From positions 34,443-98,442 of the forward strand of contig JAEUUZ010000022.1 of the NCBI GenBank assembly GCA_016786765.1: DNA of 64,000 bases, written 5' to 3'. The stretch's first letter is position 1. Every line of letters starts with the position of its first letter. Below the pieces are notes generated by a model. The model was not told where the DNA came from and ran no database searches. It was given only the letters and a program-made list of their open reading frames with translations. Shown here piece after piece: positions 50,630 to 60,113 of this stretch. This DNA is from Chitinophagales bacterium. Its GTDB lineage: Bacteria; Bacteroidota; Bacteroidia; Chitinophagales; LD1. The position numbers and the translations under genes are program-made.

Positions 50630-50942
50630 TATGCCTGTATGAAATGATGAATGTTATCAAACATTAATGGGGAAAATTTATTCAATTACTGTTGGTCTTG
50701 ATGATAGAATTGAAAAGGTAATTGATGGTCGGGTTGCTCCGGCACTTGAAGAAATTGCAATTGGCTCCGGTAGGAAAATGCTAGCAGCAACATAGGTTTT
50801 TGGTTGGAGTCGGAACACCAAACAACGGCTAAAACTTAACTACAATTCATGATCTTCATAGATTTTCAGTCAATTAGGAACGTATATATTTAATAATTAT
50901 CACTAGATTTATTGCATTTAGTTAATTATAGAAATTACAAAT

Positions 50943-52475
50943 TTGGAAGTACAACAAATTTTAGCATTTAGGGGGATAATTTTATCAATGGTATCAATTA
51001 CAACCAGCATTCTAATTGCTGAGATTTGGTATAGATATTATTCAATTCGAAAAAAAAACGAAAGTGATCTTGGGCTATTTTATATGGCTTTTGCATTATT
51101 GATTTGGGGGATTTCGGAGGGCTTAATGCTATTATTACATAATAGCAAATATATCCAGTTGGTAACTTTAGCTAAGCCCTTGTTTTCTACGGTTAATAGT
51201 TATTATTTAATAATAGGATTGGGGTATTTTGAAATGACTCCGCAATGGTTAAAGTATAGCAATCAAAATACTAAACATCTTTTTTTGTATAGTGCAATAA
51301 CTACTTTTTTATTTACAGTAATTTTTTTTTTAAAGGGAAACTATGATTATGTAAGTATTCCAGATTTTGTTTATTCAATTTGTACTGTTACATTAATTGT
51401 TATTGTTTTTTTTAAAACATTTATAAGCAGGGGGTTATATCTTTTAGCTGTTTTTTCAGTGATAGTAATGTTCATGTTATTACTAGCACAACCATTTTTG
51501 AATTTTTTTTACGGACAGGGAAAAGAGACAGAATGTCTAATTTTAGATTTTTTTAGTCGACTTTCATTTATAATAATAATATGTTTACTTGCTTATAGTT
51601 GGGCACAAAAAAAACTTTTAAACGTCTCTGATAAACTTGAAAATTTAGAGACGAATGTTTCAAATTTAACACGTGAAAAGGATAAACTAGTAAAAGAAGA
51701 GCGTGAGATTTTTTGGAAAGGAGTTGCTTTTACTGCTGCACATAAACTTGGTAATCCTGTAGAGGCTTTGTCATTAAATTGGGTAAATGTTAGTGAAGAA
51801 TTAGAAGCTAGGAATATTAAGAAGGTTCTTCTATATCTTAAGGATATGAAAGATTCAATTCATGATATGAAACAATTACTTGGCGATTTTAAACAATTGG
51901 GTTGGATCGAAAATTTTGAAATGAAAACAGTTAATATTGTTCCAGTTTTGACTAAAATAGAAAGGCAACTTGTTAGAACAGATATTGAATTCACATTTAA
52001 TAATAATGTCCAAACACAGAAGCCTGTTTTTTTAAAAAAAGAAGAAGATGGTGTTGCAGTAATTAGTAGGTTAGATTTCACGGATGAAGTTTTTGTAGAT
52101 GTTGATCAACTTAGATTCAAGATGTGTTTTGACGAGTTAATTCAAAATTCTCAACATTTTTTTAAAGCTGATTGTGAACACAAAATAATTACAATTGATA
52201 TAAATGATTATAAAGATGATTTAACGGAAAGGAACCTAAAGAATAATTTAAAATATGTATGTATTGATTACCGAGACAATGGTGAGGGTATCCCATTAGA
52301 GAGAAAGGAATCAATATTTATGCCTTTCGAAACTACTTATGCTCAAGGTACTGGATTAGGGTTACCTACAGTAAGAAAAATTATTGAACTTCATGGTGGT
52401 ATTATATACGAATGCGGTATACATGGAGATGGTGCACATTTCAAGTTAGTTTTACCAAAATCTATTAGTTTATGA
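50943..52475 (+). CDS. Sensor histidine kinase with about 7 N-terminal TM helices
   Basis: H-box AAHKLGNP, N-box ELIQNS, G1 DNGEGIP, F/G2 FMPFETT..QGTGLGL. Confidence 0.9.
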   Translation: MEVQQILAFRGIILSMVSITTSILIAEIWYRYYSIRKKNESDLGLFYMAFALLIWGISEGLMLLLHNSKYIQLVTLAKPLFSTVNSYYLIIGLGYFEMTPQWLKYSNQNTKHLFLYSAITTFLFTVIFFLKGNYDYVSIPDFVYSICTVTLIVIVFFKTFISRGLYLLAVFSVIVMFMLLLAQPFLNFFYGQGKETECLILDFFSRLSFIIIICLLAYSWAQKKLLNVSDKLENLETNVSNLTREKDKLVKEEREIFWKGVAFTAAHKLGNPVEALSLNWVNVSEELEARNIKKVLLYLKDMKDSIHDMKQLLGDFKQLGWIENFEMKTVNIVPVLTKIERQLVRTDIEFTFNNNVQTQKPVFLKKEEDGVAVISRLDFTDEVFVDVDQLRFKMCFDELIQNSQHFFKADCEHKIITIDINDYKDDLTERNLKNNLKYVCIDYRDNGEGIPLERKESIFMPFETTYAQGTGLGLPTVRKIIELHGGIIYECGIHGDGAHFKLVLPKSISL

Positions 52476-53566
52476 AAAAGAAAATATTAATTGTTGATGA
52501 TGAAGATACTTTACGCAAAGGCTACAAAAACTATTTTGAAAGGCATTTACGTGATGAATGTGATTTTTTTCAAGCTTCAAATGAAGATGAAGCGTTTCTA
52601 TTAATTGATTCTAATGAATTTGATGTTATTGTCACCGATTTACGAATGAAAGTTGCGTCATCAGGTATATTAGTTTTAAAGTATGCAAAGAAAAAGGATC
52701 CAAGTGTTTGTGTAATAATTGTAACCGCATATCCTACAGACTTAAATAAAAATCAAGCGTATGAATTGGGTGTATATGATTGTATAACTAAGGCTCAACC
52801 TGACCAAGAAACTGAAATATATGTGAAAGAGATGCTTTATAAAATAAGGAATGCAATTTATGTTCGAGATACTCTTAAAAGATTATTGGAGCATGAATTA
52901 AAACTACATTACTTCAGACGTTATTTTGATCCTGAAGTTTTTGAAAGAATAATTCAGGACCCCAATTTACTTGTACCAAGTAATAAACTTATAACAATAA
53001 TTTTTTGTGACATTCGAGGTTTCTCCTCTTTAAGTGATAAGTTGAAAGCAAAGACAGATATAGTTGCAGGTTTTTTGACTGAGTTTCTCGAAGAGGTATC
53101 TTTAGTAATCTTTGACAACAAAGGTGTTTTAGATAAGTTTTTAGGAGATGGTATCCTAGCTCTATTTGGAACATTTAATAATCATGAAGATGCAAAGGGA
53201 TCCGCAGTAGATGCTGTAAATTGCGCAATGCAAATGCAACTAAAGTTTAGTCAAGTCTATAATAAATGGAAACTTGAATTTGAGAAACATACTGCAGACA
53301 AGATTGATATTGGATTAGGTTGTGGTATACATACAGGGGAAGCTTTAGTTGGTAATTTAGGAACAGAAAAACGAGACCATTTTACTGCAATTGGAGCACA
53401 TGTGAACTTAGCTGCTCGAATTGAAAGCACCGCAAAAAAAAGTGAAATTCGTATATCTCAAACAACTAAAGCTTATATTGGTAATACTTTTAATACTACT
53501 AAAATTGACACACTTCAGGCAATTAAAAACATTCCTGGAGAATATGATATATTCACAATTGGATGA
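52472..53566 (+). CDS. Response regulator receiver fused to a class III adenylate cyclase
   Basis: REC: ILIVDDE, IVTDLRM, VTAY, ITK. Cyclase: FCDIRGFS, DKFLGDG, GIHTG, FTAIGAHVNLAARIE. ATGA overlap with the kinase stop codon. Confidence 0.9.
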   Translation: MKKKILIVDDEDTLRKGYKNYFERHLRDECDFFQASNEDEAFLLIDSNEFDVIVTDLRMKVASSGILVLKYAKKKDPSVCVIIVTAYPTDLNKNQAYELGVYDCITKAQPDQETEIYVKEMLYKIRNAIYVRDTLKRLLEHELKLHYFRRYFDPEVFERIIQDPNLLVPSNKLITIIFCDIRGFSSLSDKLKAKTDIVAGFLTEFLEEVSLVIFDNKGVLDKFLGDGILALFGTFNNHEDAKGSAVDAVNCAMQMQLKFSQVYNKWKLEFEKHTADKIDIGLGCGIHTGEALVGNLGTEKRDHFTAIGAHVNLAARIESTAKKSEIRISQTTKAYIGNTFNTTKIDTLQAIKNIPGEYDIFTIG

Positions 53567-53593
53567 TGTTTTCTTTTCTTGTTGGTATTTCCC

Positions 53594-53742
53594 GTTTGGC
53601 GTAGTCTCCCGACTAAGTCATTGTGTAAGTTAATCTCTGATTAACATTTAAAATAGAAGAAGGGCTTTGCTTTTTTGCCATGCGGTGTATATAAATCAGA
53701 GATTTATTAACGCTGAGGCCTAGTCTGGAGACTATGCCAAAC
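53594..53742. repeat. 149-bp element with nested inverted repeats (MITE/REPIN-like)
   Basis: Outer GTTTGGCGTAGTCTCCCGACTA pairs with TAGTCTGGAGACTATGCCAAAC; inner GTTAATCTCTGATT pairs with AATCAGAGATTTATTAAC. Confidence 0.7.
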
Positions 53743-53840
53743 ACACCATCACATAGGTTGTAGGGCGAGATTAAAATCTCTATTTAATAAAGCTCACAAG
53801 CCTGAAGACAAGCGAGGACGATTGATCGCAATGACGGGGC

Positions 53841-54368
53841 TTATTTTGCCGGGGAATTATTATAAAGTTTTTTGAGGACTAAGGGCATTATATCTTGGAT
53901 GCCTTGTATATAGAGGTAGGTATCTTTGCTGCTGTCGATAACTAGGTTGTAGTTATTTTCTTTGGCTACTTGTGCGATGGCATTTTTTGCTTTAGCAATG
54001 ATGGGGTTGAGCAGTGCGGTGGTTTTGGTTTTACTTTCGTCTTTTACTTTTTCTCTGTACTCATTTATTTCTTCTAAACGCTTATTAAGTTGTTTTATCA
54101 TCTTGTTTTGTTCGGGTGTAGTTTCTTTGTTGTTCCCTAATTCGATATTGAGTTGGCTATAGTCAATTTCAATTTCGGTTTGCATTTGTTTCAATTTTAA
54201 TTCTATAGAATCGAGATAGGCCCGGTAGATAGTTTCTGCGGCTTTTCTCTCGGGCATTTTGGCGAGGAGGGAATCGTAGTTGATGTGTGCGATTTTTTGT
54301 GCGTTGGCATTAAACGTGCTGATGGCTATGGTAATAAAAAGGAGGAAAAGTTGAAGTGTGTTTTTCAT
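53841..54368 (-). CDS. OmpH/Skp family periplasmic chaperone
   Basis: Signal peptide, QKIAHINYDSLLAKMPE, coiled coil, AIAQVAKENNYNLVID...DIMPLVLKKL. Confidence 0.88.
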   Translation of the reverse strand: MKNTLQLFLLFITIAISTFNANAQKIAHINYDSLLAKMPERKAAETIYRAYLDSIELKLKQMQTEIEIDYSQLNIELGNNKETTPEQNKMIKQLNKRLEEINEYREKVKDESKTKTTALLNPIIAKAKNAIAQVAKENNYNLVIDSSKDTYLYIQGIQDIMPLVLKKLYNNSPAK

Positions 54369-54420
54369 TGGTGTTGTTTGTGTGAAATTAAGAATTGTGG
54401 ATGGTTAATGAAATAGTTCA

Positions 54421-54900
54421 AACACAGATTGCTTCTCAAGTTAGGACGCTTGATTGGAATGACGGAGGCGGAGAGATTTCTCCTCGAAGACTCGTTCGAA
54501 AAGACGGAAAATATTTCTTCCTAACACCTGTGGTGTCTCCACGGACCATTTGCGATTGCTTATTGTTTGTATTGAAGTTCCGGAGCTTTTGGGGTGAGGG
54601 GAGAAGGAAAGGGTTGTTTTATGGGGGCTTTGTGGTTGAAGAGTTAGGGGGAGAGACTTAGGGAACCACCCCCTTACCTCCCGCAAAGCGGGACCAGCGG
54701 GTGATAAAGAAATGGGGATGACTTGAGAGTGAATGCAGAAGATACCTCCCCCTACCCCCCTCCAGAGGGGGACAAAGACCTGCCGGGGATAAAGCGAGAT
54801 TTATCTTCCGCCTCTGGAGGATCGAAATGACAAGGAGGAGGAACCTCCCCCTACCCCCTCCAGAGGGGGACAAGGACCGCCAAAGGCGGAGAGGCAATGA
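54421..54900. repeat. Cluster of mixed REP-like palindromes
   Basis: 54473-54531 resembles 38937-38996; duplicated CCTCCCCCTACCCCCTCCAGAGGGGGACAA; reverse-oriented GTCATT(T/C)C...AATCT units. Confidence 0.7.
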
Positions 54901-54930
54901 CGTTCAGAAAATAATTTTCAATTTAAGCAG

Positions 54931-55015
54931 TATGCTGCGTTAGCGATTGAAGTGGACATCCTTTTGTGAGGAACGAGCAAAAGATGGAAACGGAAAGCGC
55001 GTTAAAACGCCCAAA
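54931..55015 (-). repeat. About 85-bp dispersed element, diverged copy 3 in inverted orientation
   Basis: Reverse complement reads TTTGGGCGTTTTAACGCGCTTTCCGTTTCCATC...GGATGTCCACTTCAATCGCTAACGCAGCAT. Confidence 0.75.
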
Positions 55016-55046
55016 GCATTTACGATTCGGGATTTATTATTTGAGT

Positions 55047-55772
55047 TTATTCGATGAGGAGTCGTTTGGTTTGTGTTTCTTTTTCTAGCTGTATTTTGAG
55101 GGTGTACAGTCCTTTGGCTAGGTCGTGAATATCGAGTAGGTTGTTGTGTGGTGTTGTCCATTTTTTTACGGTTTGTCCGATGGCGTTCAAGAGGTCTATT
55201 TGTTGTATGGGTTCGGTGCAGTGGAGGTACACTTTGTTGTGTGCCGGATTGGGGTATAAACTTATGGCTGTGCTGTTGTTATTGTTTTGCAGGGCTGTGG
55301 TTACGGGATTTACGGTGATGTGCAGGGTGTTGCCGGGCACGCTGATGATGGTGGTGTCGCAATTGGCATTGGTGATGAGTGCGCAGGAAATGGAATCGCC
55401 ATTTTGTAGTGTACTATCGGAATAGGTGGTGCTGTTGGTGCCAACGGCTATACCGTTTTTAAACCATTGGAAGCTATCGGGCCGTTGTGTAATGATGGTG
55501 AATGTTACCGGTGTACCTGCTGTGATGATGGAATCGGGTGTGGCATAGGTGAAGGTGAGATTTGGTCGGTCTTTTATTGGATTCGAAAAGAATGGCGCGC
55601 AATCGCATAGATTGCCTATAGCATCCTCATCGTCATCGGCTTGATCGGGATTGGCTACCAATATGCAGTTATCGCTTGTGTTGGGAATGCCATCGCCATC
55701 GATATCGGTAAGGGTTTGTGCATGTGTAATAATGGTGGTGAATAGTGTTATGGCGAGTAGTAGTGTTTTCAT
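55047..55772 (-). CDS. T9SS type-A CTD protein with thrombospondin type-3 repeat
   Basis: DIDGDGIPNTSDNCILVANPDQADDDEDAIGNLCD; C-terminal ISLYPNPAHN...GLYTLKI...TKRLLIE. Confidence 0.88.
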   Translation of the reverse strand: MKTLLLAITLFTTIITHAQTLTDIDGDGIPNTSDNCILVANPDQADDDEDAIGNLCDCAPFFSNPIKDRPNLTFTYATPDSIITAGTPVTFTIITQRPDSFQWFKNGIAVGTNSTTYSDSTLQNGDSISCALITNANCDTTIISVPGNTLHITVNPVTTALQNNNNSTAISLYPNPAHNKVYLHCTEPIQQIDLLNAIGQTVKKWTTPHNNLLDIHDLAKGLYTLKIQLEKETQTKRLLIE

Positions 55773-55825
55773 GGTTGTTGTTTGGATAAAGATAGGATTT
55801 ATTGATATAGGATGTATAATTTATA

Positions 55826-55958
55826 ATTTAAGATTTAAGATTTAGGATTTGGGGATTTAGGATTTAAGATGTGTGATTTAAGATTTGGGATTAAGAATTA
55901 GGATTTAGGGATTTAGGATGTATGATTTAAGATTTGTTGGTTTAAGATTTAGGATTTA
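55826..55958. repeat. Degenerate heptamer array (GATTTA(A/G))n
   Basis: Intergenic run TTTAAGA TTTAAGA TTTAGGA TTTGGGG... Confidence 0.75.
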
Positions 55959-56423
55959 TGCATTTGGGTTTTGGAAGATGAATTCTAGTTGCAGAAGGGT
56001 TGTGCCTTCGGTGAGGGTGGGGTAGGTGTTGCCGAGCCAGCGTTTGGCTTTGCTATATTCGGTTTCGTTGGGGTAGTGTTCTTTGACGAGGTAGGTGGAG
56101 AAGTTGTGGAAGGAGCTGTTTTTGGCGTAGTACACATTGGGTTGGTAGGTGGCGAAGAAGGTGTCGTTCATCATAAGCGGTATGTTTGCTGTGCCGCTTT
56201 CTACATAAACCTGTGTTGGTGTTTGCGGGTTGTATTTGAAGTGATGCGGATGGCAGGTTTTAAAAAGGGCTAACCATTCTTCTGCGCTGCAGTCGATAAG
56301 GTGGTGGGTGAATTGCTCGATGTTGATTTCGTCCTCCATGTAATATTGCACGGGCGAAAGGCTGTAGTGCCGAACGATTACGCGGTTGTGTTGGTAGTTT
56401 TTGCTGGGTTTATATCTGCGCAT
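55956..56423 (-). CDS. Hypothetical protein
   Basis: 155-aa ORF co-oriented with its neighbours and with similar codon bias; no recognised motif. Confidence 0.55.
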   Translation of the reverse strand: MRRYKPSKNYQHNRVIVRHYSLSPVQYYMEDEINIEQFTHHLIDCSAEEWLALFKTCHPHHFKYNPQTPTQVYVESGTANIPLMMNDTFFATYQPNVYYAKNSSFHNFSTYLVKEHYPNETEYSKAKRWLGNTYPTLTEGTTLLQLEFIFQNPNA

Positions 56424-56474
56424 GGAGCTTTTGTGTTAACGGTTTTACTTTATGTATTGTTTGCTATGGGTGCT

Positions 56475-59400
56475 TTAAAATAATGCTCGAATCTCGGCTC
56501 GTGCGGTGTTGATTACTTTGTCGGAGCCCGTTTTGCGGCCATCGTAGCCGATGATGAGTTGCAATGCAGAGCTGATTTTTTGTTCTATGCCTACGTTCCA
56601 GATATAGTTGATGCCGTTTTTCAAGCCTTCTAATAAGGTGTATTCGGCTTGGAGATTGGCGACTCCGTTGTTGTTGTATTTTACTGCGGCAACCGTGAAC
56701 TTGCTATTCACCGTGGTTTTGCCGGATTTGCTGAAACGAAAATCGACCGATGCGTTGTGTTGTGTGGTGAGTTGTCCGCCATACACGGCAATGGTATTTT
56801 TGCGATAATTGAAGCCATAAGTAAAGGCGAGGCGAATCATGTTTCTATACAAGTAACTGAGCTCGTTGGAGGTTTCGTGGAGGTTGATGTTGTATTGTTG
56901 CGTAAGATAAAAATCGGATAGGTTGGCCTTGGTGCCGTGGTTGTAGGAGCTTTGTAACAACAGCTCTTTGTAGATATTCCAACGTATTGTAAGGCTTTGA
57001 TTTTGACTGATGCGAATTTCGTTGCCGGAGGTGAGCAGTGTTTTTGATTTTAAATAATTGACATCGATTTGCGCATTTATTTTAGACGAAAAGCGATTGA
57101 TGAATAAACTGTTGCGGGCGTTGATGGTGAGCTGCACCAAATTGGTATCGAGGGTTTTGGAGGAGAAGGGAAGAAAATATTCGTAGGCTTTGTTGCTGCG
57201 TAGCGAATAGATTTTTTTGCTCAATTGCAAATTGCTAAAGGTAGAAAAGAGGTTGATGAATTTTTGTGCTCCGTTTTTCGGGTTCTTAAGCAATGCGCTA
57301 GGATTGAGTGTTAGTGCTTGATTGAATTGTGTGCTATTGACCGGCAAAAATTCGGGAGTGGTTTGAAAGGTGCGGATGTAGGTAGAGTCGCCTGCATTCA
57401 ACACGCCTTGTTTGGCGATGTAAGAGGTGATGTTGTTGCGATCTTGTCCTTTCTGCAACACATAATCTCCGATGCCGGTAGGGGAGTAGATGTACACCAA
57501 TTGCAGCTTTTGTTCGCGGCCTGTACCCAGTTCGTAGAAGGTGGTCGATTTTATCAAACCTTTTAGCGCGGTGAAATTATAATCGATACGTCCGAGGTAA
57601 TAATTTTGTAATTCTTGTTGGGCTTTAACGGAATCTTTTTCATCGATTCTGCGGTAGGTGAGCGTCCAGGCTAAGCCTTGATTGCGCAGGCTGGTGACAT
57701 TGCCGGAAAAAGAAACGTTGTGGCTTACACGACCCGGACTGGCGAATCCCTTGCCTTTGGTGTTTTGTTCGGTGCGGGCAAAATATTCTACTTTAAAATT
57801 ATTTTGCAGGGTATCGGCTGAAACGATGTAGTAGCGGTATTCTTGCCATAAACGACTTTGAATAGGGTCGAGGGTATCGGAGCTGTTTTGTTTTGTTTTA
57901 TTGATTTCGTGATTAAAGATGATACCGGTTTTCCAGCCGTTTAGTTTTTTGAAGGTGTAACTGATTTCGCCTTGCGGACGGAAAAATTGTGTGGAAGAAA
58001 CAATGCTGGTGGAATGTAATGCCGAGGTGTTGATGCGCATGTAAAATCCGTTGACCGTAGTTTGCAAATTTACATAATGCTCGAAACCTTTGTAGATACT
58101 GTCTTGTATGAAGGTACGGAAACGATATTCGGTGGAGAGTAAATTTTGAATGGTGTATTGTAGTCCTGCTCTGCTCAAGTGTTCGTTTTTGCGCGGTAGT
58201 GTGGAACCGAGATTAAAATCGCGGCTGAATTCCACTGTTCTGTAGCGTTCTATAACGTTGAAGGTTTTATTGGCGAATTCATAATCGACTACGGCTGTAA
58301 CTGTTGACGGATTTTTGGATGCATTTAACGTTTTGTTGAAGGTTACATTGCCATGTGCACCGGCTCCAAGATTGTTGTTATCGTTAAGTTTGGAGAAGAG
58401 GTTCACATCTTTATTCGAGAGGGCGCCTTCTACATTTACCTTTACATTTTTGCCAATATCTTGTTGTAGGGTTAAGGTATAGAGTTGGTTTAATGCGGGC
58501 GCGATGAGTTTAATTTTGGGTTCGTAGTTGCCGGTGGGCACCAGTTGGTTGCCTGCGATGAATGTTGGAACGGCATATTCGTAGACTCTTCCGTTGGCAG
58601 TGGTTTGAGCGGCTTTGTAATTGCCTTTCCCTTCGCCTACTAAAATAAATGTGAGCGCATATTTTGCGGTTAAGGGATTGGTGGCTACTCGGTAGTAAGT
58701 TAGGGGAATGGTGTCGGTTCCGAATACGAAAGCCGTATCTACGCGTTCATACAAAATGCGGTTTGCATCGTAGGTTACTGAATCTACGCCATTGTAGAAG
58801 GCATTATCAATACTATCGCCTATGCCGGCCAGGAATGATTTTTTATTGGCATCGAGGTTCTGTTGGAAGTTTTGATTCTTGCTGTCTTGCTCGGTGTAAA
58901 GATTAAAACCGATGCGTGTTTTTTTGTAATCCCATTGCAATGCGGCATCGAAGAGGGTGCGTTGGTAGCTGCGTTCGGAGTATTCAAACTCAACGGTGAT
59001 ACGGAGGTCGCGGGTGATGATGCGTTTGGGGGTGAAGATGATTTGCCCGAGGTTGTAATCAATTACATAATCTTGATCGAAGCCTCGTTTTTGTTTTACG
59101 CCATTGATAAACACTTCTTCAGTGTTGGCTAAGATGGTGATGAATGCTTCGTTGTTGGCCCCTACGAGTTTGTATGGACCTTGTGTGCCTTCGCTGACAA
59201 GCAGTGTGTTTCGGGCAAATTTACCGCGCGAAATTCCTCCGCCTGCACGGGCTTTGAGTTGTCCGTATTTTTTTAATCCCAGGTTTAAATCCACTGATGC
59301 GCCTTGTGCTTTTTTGGAGTAGCGCATGAAATAATTGCGCCCTTCAATCATATCGAAATCGCCCACGGTTACGGCTTGTTTGCCCTTGCGGAGTTGAATA

Positions 59401-60107
59401 AAAATTTTGTCGAACTCTTGCAGATTTTGAGTGTTTCCTTCGGGTTGAATGGGAATGTTATTATCGGTGATGTTGGCGACTACTTCCAGGTCTTCGGCTA
59501 ATTGGCCCTGTAGTTGTAGATTGAGCACCGAGTTAAGAATTACATCTTGATTGCTGCCAAAACTAATGCCACGCGAGAAATTTCCGGAATAATCGAGGGT
59601 GCCGAAATCCATAAAATCGTTGGGCGAAGTAAGGGTGGGATTATACACAAATGGCGAAAGCGAAAATTGTTTGGTTTGTGCCACAATGGTTCGGTAATCT
59701 TTATGGAAATAGCGGTTGGCATACATCACCGGATACGCCCGATAACTTATGCGAATAGGCTCGGTGGGCTTTTGTTTCCAAATGAGTTTGGCACTGAAAG
59801 GGTAGAAGTCGTATTGCGATGCCGGTACAACAATGCCGCTTGCTGTAGTAATGGTTAATGTATTAGGCACAATGCTCAGTGTGTCGATTTTGAGGGTATC
59901 GGAACTGTTTTCGATGGTTACACTACGGATATTCGAAAGATTCTGCGCTTTAGCTGAATGGAACAATCCGATACAGAACAGTAGCAACATCGCTTTTGTC
60001 CATACCAGAGGTTTGGATGCTTTGTTTTGATGTTTGCTTTGCGATTGCTTCATGAATAGATGCCCTAAACTGCTACAATTTAATGCAAAGCGGTAAATCT
60101 TTGGCAA
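56475..60107 (-). CDS. Large conserved Bacteroidota outer-membrane (beta-barrel-like) protein; true start probably slightly downstream
   Basis: LDYSGNFSRGISFGSNQDVILNS..., many amphipathic beta strands, ends in Phe (AEIRALF). Confidence 0.75.
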   Translation of the reverse strand: MPKIYRFALNCSSLGHLFMKQSQSKHQNKASKPLVWTKAMLLLFCIGLFHSAKAQNLSNIRSVTIENSSDTLKIDTLSIVPNTLTITTASGIVVPASQYDFYPFSAKLIWKQKPTEPIRISYRAYPVMYANRYFHKDYRTIVAQTKQFSLSPFVYNPTLTSPNDFMDFGTLDYSGNFSRGISFGSNQDVILNSVLNLQLQGQLAEDLEVVANITDNNIPIQPEGNTQNLQEFDKIFIQLRKGKQAVTVGDFDMIEGRNYFMRYSKKAQGASVDLNLGLKKYGQLKARAGGGISRGKFARNTLLVSEGTQGPYKLVGANNEAFITILANTEEVFINGVKQKRGFDQDYVIDYNLGQIIFTPKRIITRDLRITVEFEYSERSYQRTLFDAALQWDYKKTRIGFNLYTEQDSKNQNFQQNLDANKKSFLAGIGDSIDNAFYNGVDSVTYDANRILYERVDTAFVFGTDTIPLTYYRVATNPLTAKYALTFILVGEGKGNYKAAQTTANGRVYEYAVPTFIAGNQLVPTGNYEPKIKLIAPALNQLYTLTLQQDIGKNVKVNVEGALSNKDVNLFSKLNDNNNLGAGAHGNVTFNKTLNASKNPSTVTAVVDYEFANKTFNVIERYRTVEFSRDFNLGSTLPRKNEHLSRAGLQYTIQNLLSTEYRFRTFIQDSIYKGFEHYVNLQTTVNGFYMRINTSALHSTSIVSSTQFFRPQGEISYTFKKLNGWKTGIIFNHEINKTKQNSSDTLDPIQSRLWQEYRYYIVSADTLQNNFKVEYFARTEQNTKGKGFASPGRVSHNVSFSGNVTSLRNQGLAWTLTYRRIDEKDSVKAQQELQNYYLGRIDYNFTALKGLIKSTTFYELGTGREQKLQLVYIYSPTGIGDYVLQKGQDRNNITSYIAKQGVLNAGDSTYIRTFQTTPEFLPVNSTQFNQALTLNPSALLKNPKNGAQKFINLFSTFSNLQLSKKIYSLRSNKAYEYFLPFSSKTLDTNLVQLTINARNSLFINRFSSKINAQIDVNYLKSKTLLTSGNEIRISQNQSLTIRWNIYKELLLQSSYNHGTKANLSDFYLTQQYNINLHETSNELSYLYRNMIRLAFTYGFNYRKNTIAVYGGQLTTQHNASVDFRFSKSGKTTVNSKFTVAAVKYNNNGVANLQAEYTLLEGLKNGINYIWNVGIEQKISSALQLIIGYDGRKTGSDKVINTARAEIRALF

Positions 60108-60113
60108 TAAAAT

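Noticed and set aside
52472-53566. Second PycC
   Set aside because: It has canonical adenylate cyclase residues (K, T, N, R) and a REC domain, unlike the substitutions seen in 48700-50007.
54395-54897. ORFs 54395-54661, 54441-54686 and 54658-54897
   Set aside because: They coincide with the palindrome cluster and overlap each other on both strands.
36500-55100. Prophage, ICE or IS element as the island vehicle
   Set aside because: I recognised no integrase, transposase, relaxase, phage structural gene or tRNA attachment site.
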